A stretch of DNA of 64,000 nt from an uncultured Gammaproteobacteria bacterium (GTDB lineage: Bacteria; Patescibacteriota; Patescibacteriia; VMEV01; CAYQCH01). A program made the translations under genes and the position numbers. Positions within the stretch are counted from its first letter, which is position 1; the number at the start of each line of letters is the position of its first letter. Where the stretch lies: assembly GCA_964503955.1 (NCBI GenBank), contig CAZDCG010000001.1:109804-173803 (forward strand). The letters run 5' to 3'. Under the pieces are notes generated by a model. It ran no database searches, was not told the origin of the DNA, and was given only the letters and a program-made list of their open reading frames with translations. This document shows positions 46,282-53,015 of this stretch, in pieces.

Positions 46282-48315
46282 ATGGCAAAATCACCAGTGA
46301 AACCCAAGGAAAAAGCATACGACTCATCCGCAATCACCGTCCTTGAGGGACTCGACCCGGTTCGCAAACGCCCCGGAATGTATATCGGCAATACCGGCGA
46401 GGGCGGTTTGCACCATCTCGTCTGGGAAATCGTGGATAACTCCATCGACGAAGCCATGGCCGGCCATGGGAACCTGATCCAGGTATCGCTTCTGCCGGGA
46501 AATGAAGTCGAAGTTATCGACCATGGCCGCGGTATTCCGGTTGATAAGCATAAGACCACCAAGAAATCCACGCTTGAAACGGTTTTAACAACGCTGCATG
46601 CCGGAGGAAAATTCGGCGGCGGAGGGTATAAAGTCTCCGGCGGTCTGCATGGTGTGGGAGCTTCGGTTGTAAACGCGCTTTCCACCCACATGGTGGCGCA
46701 AGTACGCAGAGACGGCAAACTCTATGAGCAGGAATTCGTCGCCGGAAAACCGAAAAAAGATGTTAAGGTTGTGGGCAAAGCAAAAGATACCGGAACAACA
46801 ATCCGCTTCGCGCCGGATCCAAGTATTTTCAGCACCGTTGAATTCAAGCTGCAGACGATTCTGAACCGTTTGCGCCAGCAGGCATATCTAACCAAAGGCA
46901 TCCGCATTATTGTTCATGATAAACGGATCAAGTCAGACGAAAAGTCATACGGCTTTTACTTTGAAGGAGGTATCCGCTCCTATGTCCGCCACCTCAACCG
47001 TGATGAAACCGTGCAGCATCCGGAAATCTTCTACGTTGAAAAAGAGGAAGACAATGTTAAAGCGGAAATTGCTTTGCAATACACCGATAATATCAACGAA
47101 AACGTAAACGGATTTGCCAACAACATTCTCACTCCTGGAGGCGGGACGCATATTGTCGGCTTTGCCAAGGCGCTCACCAGGGTGTTGAATAATTACGGAC
47201 GCAAGAAAAACATTCTCAAAGAAAAAGATGAAAACCTGACGGGAGACGATACCCGCGAAGGGCTGACCGCCGTTATCAGCGTGAAGATTTCCGAGCCGCA
47301 ATTTGAAGGACAAACCAAAGACAAACTTGGAAACCCTGAAGTGAAAGGAATTGTCGAATCCATTTTTGCTACGGCATTTGGCGACTGGCTTGAAGAGCAT
47401 CCACGCGACGCGGAAAAAATGATCGGCAAATGCCTCTTAGCTGCACAGGCTCGCCGGGCGGCGAAATCCGCGCGCGAATCCGTTCTGCGAAAAGGCGCGC
47501 TGGACAGCTTCAACCTGCCCGGGAAATTGGCGGACTGTTCCTCAAAGAAAGCGGAAAACTGCGAACTCTTCATTGTGGAGGGTGATTCTGCAGGCGGTTC
47601 GGCAAAACAAGCTCGCAATCGTGAATTCCAGGCGATTCTTCCCTTGCGCGGAAAGCTGTTGAACGTTGAACGCGCGCGCCTCGACCGTATCATCAAATCC
47701 GAAACCATTTTGCCGATGATTATCGCGCTTGGCACCAATATCGGCGAAATGTTTGATCAGAGCAAATTACGCTATCACCGCATTATCCTCATGGCCGATG
47801 CTGACGTGGACGGATCGCATATCCGCACCTTGCTGCTGACCTTCTTCTATCGCCATTTCCGCAGTCTGGTGGAAGCGGGTCATTTGTATATCGCGCAGCC
47901 GCCGCTCTATAAAATCGCCAAAGGCAAAGAAGTCCATTATGCGTACACGGACGAAGACAAACAGAACATCCTTGACCGGATCATGAAAACGGTTGATGCC
48001 AAAACCAAAGAGAAGCTTAAAGAAGCGCTCGCGCAATCTGAAGAAGGTGAAGAACAGGAAGGCGAAGAAACGTCAACCCCGGAAAAGAATATTGCCGGTA
48101 TCAGCATCCAACGCTACAAAGGTCTTGGTGAAATGAATCCGGATCAGCTTTGGGAAACAACGCTCGACCCGGAGCGCCGCGTGATCAAACAGGTAACCAT
48201 TGACGACGCGGAACAGGCTGATGAATATATGCGCATTCTTATGGGCTCTGAAGTCGCTCCCCGCAAACGCTTTATTCAGACGCATGCGAAGAATGTGCAG
48301 AATCTTGATATTTAG
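46282..48315 (+). CDS. gyrB: DNA gyrase subunit B
   Basis: YDSSAITVLEGLDPVRKRPGMYIG, GHKL ATPase, Toprim EGDSAGG and PLRGKLLNVE. Confidence 0.9.
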   Translation: MAKSPVKPKEKAYDSSAITVLEGLDPVRKRPGMYIGNTGEGGLHHLVWEIVDNSIDEAMAGHGNLIQVSLLPGNEVEVIDHGRGIPVDKHKTTKKSTLETVLTTLHAGGKFGGGGYKVSGGLHGVGASVVNALSTHMVAQVRRDGKLYEQEFVAGKPKKDVKVVGKAKDTGTTIRFAPDPSIFSTVEFKLQTILNRLRQQAYLTKGIRIIVHDKRIKSDEKSYGFYFEGGIRSYVRHLNRDETVQHPEIFYVEKEEDNVKAEIALQYTDNINENVNGFANNILTPGGGTHIVGFAKALTRVLNNYGRKKNILKEKDENLTGDDTREGLTAVISVKISEPQFEGQTKDKLGNPEVKGIVESIFATAFGDWLEEHPRDAEKMIGKCLLAAQARRAAKSARESVLRKGALDSFNLPGKLADCSSKKAENCELFIVEGDSAGGSAKQARNREFQAILPLRGKLLNVERARLDRIIKSETILPMIIALGTNIGEMFDQSKLRYHRIILMADADVDGSHIRTLLLTFFYRHFRSLVEAGHLYIAQPPLYKIAKGKEVHYAYTDEDKQNILDRIMKTVDAKTKEKLKEALAQSEEGEEQEGEETSTPEKNIAGISIQRYKGLGEMNPDQLWETTLDPERRVIKQVTIDDAEQADEYMRILMGSEVAPRKRFIQTHAKNVQNLDI

Positions 48316-48340
48316 AAACGGTTAACGGGTTAAAAAGATG

Positions 48341-48370
48341 CAGCCTGGGATGTCCAGGCTGTTTTGTTTT
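48341..48370 (+). terminator. gyrB rho-independent terminator CAGCCTGG-gatgt-CCAGGCTG + TTTTGTTTT
   Basis: A perfect 8-bp stem with a T-run. Confidence 0.7.
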
Positions 48371-48437
48371 CACTGAACAGGGATTTTTTGATGCGTTTGT
48401 CTGTGAGTCTTAGGATCCAGGTCTGTGGCCCGCCAAC

Positions 48438-48466
48438 TTGCCCAAAAAGCCGTTCTCCGTTATACT
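48438..48466 (+). promoter_or_regulatory. Candidate promoter TTGCCC-17-TATACT for secE-nusG
   Basis: aacTTGCCCaaaaagccgttctccgtTATACTttg. Confidence 0.4.
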
Positions 48467-48482
48467 TTGCGCATAGATCAAA

Positions 48483-48505
48483 TAACCCCGCCGGGGTTGT
48501 TTTTA
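48483..48505 (+). other. GC hairpin AACCCCGCCGGGGTT + TTTTT between the promoter and secE (attenuator-like)
   Basis: A stem-loop plus T-run lying downstream of the candidate promoter and 35 nt before the secE ATG. Confidence 0.35.
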
Positions 48506-48540
48506 GATAAAATAGATTGTCGCTAATCTCAGCCTAAAAT

Positions 48541-48735
48541 ATGGCAAAAATGAAGACCCCGTGGATTGTCCGGTATTTCCGTGAGTCCTTTATTGAGCTT
48601 CAAAAGGTTGTCTGGCCTTCGCAGGAAACCGTGCGCAAGCATACTATTCTGGTTATCGCGATCAGCTTATTCGTGGCTGTGTATTTTGCGGCTTCCGACT
48701 ACGTTCTTAACTTCGCATTGGAATCTCTCATCTAA
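48541..48735 (+). CDS. secE: Preprotein translocase subunit SecE
   Basis: A 64-aa protein with a single C-terminal TM and a conserved amphipathic N-terminus (REVKKVVWPS-type: QKVVWPSQETVRKHT). Confidence 0.85.
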   Translation: MAKMKTPWIVRYFRESFIELQKVVWPSQETVRKHTILVIAISLFVAVYFAASDYVLNFALESLI

Positions 48736-48789
48736 GTCTCGTCTCTCCTAGCCTGGCTAATCTAGCCAGTCTAGCTGGTCTAAACAACT

Positions 48790-49335
48790 ATGGCTAAACA
48801 AACAGCAAATTACGGCCGAAGATGGTATGTGCTCCACACCTATTCAGGCTATGAAGAAAACGTTGAACGCAATCTGCGCCAGCGTATTGATTCCATGGAC
48901 ATGCAGGATAAGATCTTTGACATCATGATTCCAAAGGAAAAGAAGATCAAAATCAAGAACGGAAAACGCAAAGTCGTGGAAGAAAAAATCTTTCCCGGAT
49001 ATGTGCTCGTGAACATGATCGTAAACGATGATTCCTGGTATGTGGTGCGCAATACGCCGAATGTGACGGGATTCGTCGGCACAGGAACAACGCCGACTCC
49101 GATTTCTGAAGAGGAAGTAAAAACACTGCAGAAGAAAATGGGCATTGAAGAGCCGAAATACGAAATCGACGTTTCTGTTGGAACTCCCGTTAAAATTGTT
49201 GACGGTCCGTTCAAGAACTTTGAAGGCAAGATCTCTGAAGTGGACGCGGAACGAGGCAAGGTCAAAGTGCTTGTATCTATGTTCGGCCGCGAAACTCCGG
49301 TGGAACTCGACTTCTTGCAGGTGAAAAAGATCTAG
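48790..49335 (+). CDS. nusG: Transcription termination/antitermination factor NusG
   Basis: [19 protein letters not shown] (NGN) and C-terminal [21 protein letters not shown]. Confidence 0.9.
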   Translation: MAKQTANYGRRWYVLHTYSGYEENVERNLRQRIDSMDMQDKIFDIMIPKEKKIKIKNGKRKVVEEKIFPGYVLVNMIVNDDSWYVVRNTPNVTGFVGTGTTPTPISEEEVKTLQKKMGIEEPKYEIDVSVGTPVKIVDGPFKNFEGKISEVDAERGKVKVLVSMFGRETPVELDFLQVKKI

Positions 49336-49338
49336 ACC

Positions 49339-49368
49339 CTTAAAGACGGGTCTTCGGGTATGCCTCTT
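49339..49368 (+). terminator. Weak hairpin AGACCC-ttaaaga-CGGGTCT + TCGGGT after nusG
   Basis: A 6-bp stem. The T-tract is poor. Confidence 0.3.
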
Positions 49369-49410
49369 TCAGGCAGCTTCTTACTCGAATCCCCCATCTT
49401 TAAAAGACGC

Positions 49411-49507
49411 TGCCAAATGTGCCAAACGAGCCAAACGTTTCCAAATTTTCTCTAAGAATCTGGTAACGTTTGGGAACGTCTGGTGACGTTTGGTACGTTT
49501 ATCCCCT
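49411..49507 (+). repeat. 5'-UTR periodic-unit element (copy upstream of rplK)
   Basis: Left array tgCCAAATGTGCCAAACGAGCCAAACGTTTCCAAA. Spacer ttttctctaagaa. Right array TCTGGTAACG TTTGGGAACG TCTGGTGACG TTTGGTACG (exact 10-bp period) then TTTATCCCCT-ATG. The arrays are mutually inverted. Confidence 0.6.
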
Positions 49508-49933
49508 ATGGCAAAACCACTCAAAACCATCATCAAATTGCAAATCATGGGCGGAGCGGCTAACCCGGCTCCTCCAGTAGGTCCTGCGCTTGGTCAGCAT
49601 GGACTCAACATCGCTGAATTTTGTCAGAAATTCAACGAAGCAACGCAAGACAAGCGCGGACAGGTCGTTCCTGTTGAAATCTCGGTTTATGAAGACCGAA
49701 CCTATGATTTCAAGATGAAAACACCTCCGGCGGCCGAACTGCTCAAGCAGGCTGCCAAGGCGAAGAAGGGCTCTGGAAAACCAAATACCGATAAGATCGG
49801 AACCGTTACCAAAGCTCAGATTCGTGAAATCGCCGAAATCAAAATGCCCGATCTGAACACGCATAATGTGGAATCAGCGATGCGGACCATTGAAGGTACC
49901 GCTCGCCAGATGGGTATCATTGTTACTGAATAA
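49508..49933 (+). CDS. rplK: 50S ribosomal protein L11
   Basis: [35 protein letters not shown]... The start is set at MAKP (the element abuts it). Confidence 0.9.
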   Translation: MAKPLKTIIKLQIMGGAANPAPPVGPALGQHGLNIAEFCQKFNEATQDKRGQVVPVEISVYEDRTYDFKMKTPPAAELLKQAAKAKKGSGKPNTDKIGTVTKAQIREIAEIKMPDLNTHNVESAMRTIEGTARQMGIIVTE

Positions 49934-49985
49934 CAACCTTAATTCCGTGGGACCCGCCTCTAGCGGGGTTTGAACCACAAAATCT

Positions 49986-50663
49986 ATGTCTCGATCAAAA
50001 CGTTACCAGGCAGTTGCCGAGAAAGTCGATCCGTCAAAAACCTATACCATCGATGAAGCTGTAGCTTTGTTGAAAGAAACCGTGAAGACAAAATTTGATC
50101 CGTCTGTTGAGCTGCATGCCCGCTTAGGCATCGATGTTTCCAAAAGCGATCAGCAGGTCCGCAGCACCATTGACCTTCCTCACGGAAGCGGCAAGCAGGT
50201 CCGCATCGCGGTATTTGCCGAAGAGGAAAAGCAGGCCGATGCCGCAGCTGCCGATGTGGTTGGCGGCGAAGACTTGATCGAAAAAATCCAGAAATCAGGA
50301 AAAATTGACTTTGATGTGGCGGTTGCCACGCCAGGCATGATGAAGCATATGGCGAAAGTCGCAAAAGTGCTTGGACCAAAGGGATTGATGCCTTCTCCAA
50401 AGAATGAAACTGTTACGCCAAACGTCAAAGAAGCTATTGAAGCTCTGAAGAAAGGAAAAATCGCTTTCAAGAACGACGCTACAGGCAATGTGCATGTGAT
50501 TGTCGGCAAGGCCAGCTTCGCTGAGCAGCAGCTCAAAGAAAATCTGGTTGAAGCAATTGACGCAATCAGAAAAGCAAAGCCGTCTTCTAGCAAAGGAACC
50601 TACCTCAAGACACTCTCCGTGAATGTTACCATGGGGCCGGGTATCCGCATTACCACCGCGTAA
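49986..50663 (+). CDS. rplA: 50S ribosomal protein L1
   Basis: KRYQAVAEKVDPSKTYTIDEAVALLKE...FDPSVELHARLGIDVSKSDQQVR. Confidence 0.9.
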   Translation: MSRSKRYQAVAEKVDPSKTYTIDEAVALLKETVKTKFDPSVELHARLGIDVSKSDQQVRSTIDLPHGSGKQVRIAVFAEEEKQADAAAADVVGGEDLIEKIQKSGKIDFDVAVATPGMMKHMAKVAKVLGPKGLMPSPKNETVTPNVKEAIEALKKGKIAFKNDATGNVHVIVGKASFAEQQLKENLVEAIDAIRKAKPSSSKGTYLKTLSVNVTMGPGIRITTA

Positions 50664-50674
50664 ATAAGGCAAGC

Positions 50675-50705
50675 AAGAGGGCCCCGCAGGGGCTCTTTTG
50701 ATTTA
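50675..50705 (+). terminator. Hairpin AAGAGGGCCCC-gca-GGGGCTCTT + TTTGATTT after rplA
   Basis: A GC stem with a T-rich tail. Confidence 0.5.
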
Positions 50706-50740
50706 TAGGCAGTAGCCTTGGAAAAATGGTATAATATTTT

Positions 50741-50835
50741 AAACGTTGCCAAATCCGCCAAACGGGCCAAATGTTCCCAGACTTTCTTTCAAAGATGCTT
50801 GGTAACGTTTGAGAACGCTTGGTACGTTTATCTCT
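50741..50835 (+). repeat. 5'-UTR periodic-unit element (copy upstream of yidC)
   Basis: aaaCGTTGCCAAATCCGCCAAACGGGCCAAATGTTCCCAGA then ctttctttcaaagat then GCTTGGTAACGTTTGAGAACGCTTGGTACGTTTATCTCT-ATG. It is preceded by an extended -10 TGGTATAAT at 50727-50735. Confidence 0.6.
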
Positions 50836-51606
50836 ATGGCTTTTCTCTGGCATGAAATCTTCTTCAGGCCGCTATTGAACGTCCTTATCGGTCTTTACAA
50901 TACAGTCGGGTTTGAAAACCTTGGAATTGCCATCATTGTCTTAACCATTCTTGTCCGCCTCCTGCTTTTGCCTTTCTCTCTCAAAGATTCCGCGGCCAAG
51001 AGAAAACGGGAATTGCTGGAAAAGGAGCTTGCAGAAGTAGCCAGGCATTATGCCAATACGCCAAGCATTCTGCGTGAGGAACAGAAACGGCTTTTCAAGG
51101 AATATCGTTTCCGGCGCTGGCCAAGAATCGTTAGTTTAGCCTCCCAGGGTTTTGTGCTCTTGATCCTCTATCAGGTTTTTATCGGAGGAATCAAGCTCAG
51201 CGCGATTGTCGACGAGCTGTACGCATTCGTGCAGGTTCCCCGCACAATAGATACGATGCTGCTTGGAATCGACATTGCAAAACCAAGCTTCTCCCTCACG
51301 CTGGTGACGGTTCTGGTTCTATTCGCCAGCATTGTCTATGAACATGGCGGCATCCGGACCCGATGGACGGCACGGGATCTGCTCTATGCAGTAGGCTTGC
51401 CGGCTGGAACCTATCTTTTTCTCATCATGCTGCCGGCCGTAAAAGCCTTATTCGTCCTTTCTTCGTTGATCTTTAGTATTTTGCTTCGAGCCCTTACAGA
51501 TTTCTTTGCAGGAATTGCTGAACAGGACCGCCTTATGGCTGAAAAGGCCGCAGCAAAAGCCAAACTGAAGCCTTCGCTCCCTCATCCTAAAGAACGTTTT
51601 AAGTAA
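50836..51606 (+). CDS. yidC: YidC/Oxa1-family membrane protein insertase (short form)
   Basis: LGIAIIVLTILVRLLLLPFSLK signature, 5 TM. The start is at MAFLWHE. Confidence 0.8.
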   Translation: MAFLWHEIFFRPLLNVLIGLYNTVGFENLGIAIIVLTILVRLLLLPFSLKDSAAKRKRELLEKELAEVARHYANTPSILREEQKRLFKEYRFRRWPRIVSLASQGFVLLILYQVFIGGIKLSAIVDELYAFVQVPRTIDTMLLGIDIAKPSFSLTLVTVLVLFASIVYEHGGIRTRWTARDLLYAVGLPAGTYLFLIMLPAVKALFVLSSLIFSILLRALTDFFAGIAEQDRLMAEKAAAKAKLKPSLPHPKERFK

Positions 51607-51607
51607 T

Positions 51608-52180
51608 ATGAAAGACGATAATTCATTAGACAAACTGGTCTACTCATTCGTCGTAGAAGATGTTTTGGGCGGATTTTTCATCTCTGTTCCGCCCGGACAT
51701 GTCGCTTGCGTCTACGACCGCGGCAAAGGCGTTCTACGCAAGGTGTATACGCCTGGTCTCCACCTTAAACTTCCCTTTTGGCAGAAAGCCAAACTGTTCA
51801 ATACACAGACGCTTGAATATTCCATCCACCATGAGTTTGACCTGAAACATGCCAGAGCGCTTGGTGACCAGCCAATCCGCACGGTCACGTCAGACCGCCG
51901 CGAAGTGGAAATTGAAGGAACAATTTTGCTGCGGCTGGACGCGAAACTGCTGCCGTCTATTTGGCAGAATATCGGCGAGGATTTTGTCCCGAAAGTGATC
52001 CGCCCGTCCATCCGCAGCCGATTACGCCAGGTTTCTTCCCGTTATAGCGCGGACGAAATTATTTCCACCAAGCGCGACCAGGTCGAGAACGATATGGTAG
52101 AAGCGCTCAAAGAAGTTCTCTACCCGCGCGGGATCTATATCGAAAATGTTTTGCTTGGACAGATCCGGCAAGTCAGCTAA
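51608..52180 (+). CDS. SPFH/Band-7 domain protein
   Basis: A prohibitin-like core, about 190 aa. The family-level call is tentative. Confidence 0.5.
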   Translation: MKDDNSLDKLVYSFVVEDVLGGFFISVPPGHVACVYDRGKGVLRKVYTPGLHLKLPFWQKAKLFNTQTLEYSIHHEFDLKHARALGDQPIRTVTSDRREVEIEGTILLRLDAKLLPSIWQNIGEDFVPKVIRPSIRSRLRQVSSRYSADEIISTKRDQVENDMVEALKEVLYPRGIYIENVLLGQIRQVS

Positions 52181-52698
52181 AGCTCGGAATCTGAGACAGA
52201 TTGAGCGATGAATGACGGTTCCCCTTCCGCCTGAGGCAGAGGGGGAATTTGTTTTCGCTCGAAAATAGGTTCGTAACCGGCAGAAGGCGATTCCTGATCG
52301 ATTGTCTGCGTATGCGTACTGAGCCGTCTTTCCCGTAGCAGCTGAGTCATTTCAAGGCCGAAGACAACGGCGAAAAGCCCCAAGAGGATCCACCACCGCA
52401 ATAAACGCTGCCCCTGCAGAAAAAGCGTGATCAGGAAAAAAATCGACATGGCCACGGATTGCCGGACGGCAAGCGTGACCAGACGGTAGAGAGCCTGTTC
52501 ATGAACCCATTTTCTGCGCAGAAAAATCCCGATCAGCGAAAAGGTTCCAAGCAGCGCCAGAAACAAAGTGAAATAGAAGAGCACATGGCCAATCCAGTTT
52601 GTTTGAAGCGGATTGATGGCATAGACCGTCCAGAAAAATCCCGCCCAAAGCAGCAGGGTCATGCATGCCATGACAAACATGAATTGGCGAAATGTCAT
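52177..52698 (-). CDS. Hypothetical membrane protein (4 TM)
   Basis: Hydrophobic ORF. Confidence 0.4.
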   Translation of the reverse strand: MTFRQFMFVMACMTLLLWAGFFWTVYAINPLQTNWIGHVLFYFTLFLALLGTFSLIGIFLRRKWVHEQALYRLVTLAVRQSVAMSIFFLITLFLQGQRLLRWWILLGLFAVVFGLEMTQLLRERRLSTHTQTIDQESPSAGYEPIFERKQIPPLPQAEGEPSFIAQSVSDSEL

Positions 52699-52701
52699 AG
52701 A

Positions 52702-53001
52702 CTAAATGATAATCTGAATCTGCTTAATCTGGTTTTTTCCAGCCTGTTGATTGACCGCGTCTTTTATTTCCTCCGCGTGCATACTGATAGCATGGCGCAA
52801 GGAGGCATCCACCGAGGCAATCTGCAGCCGGCCGAATTTCACCGCGACCGCCCGCGCATGATGGCGCACCATGTCGGCACCAAATAGTTCTTCGAGTTTC
52901 TTATTGGCCGTTTCAAGCATTAAGGCAGCTTGAACCGGCTGGGAAAGTCCGGCCTGCTGCAAATGCCGTGGAAGAAGGTTTCCAAGCTTCTTGAATGCCA
53001 T
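52702..53001 (-). CDS. DUF721 (DciA-like) small protein
   Basis: About 100 aa. LETANKKLEELFGADMVRHHARAVAVKFGRLQIASVDA resembles the DUF721 core. Confidence 0.45.
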   Translation of the reverse strand: MAFKKLGNLLPRHLQQAGLSQPVQAALMLETANKKLEELFGADMVRHHARAVAVKFGRLQIASVDASLRHAISMHAEEIKDAVNQQAGKNQIKQIQIII

Positions 53002-53015
53002 AGATAGGTATTATA

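Noticed and set aside
49411-50835. Periodic 10-bp unit arrays considered as CRISPR or iterons of a plasmid origin
   Set aside because: The units are contiguous with no unique spacers. There are no cas genes. The copies are tied to start codons of chromosomal housekeeping genes.
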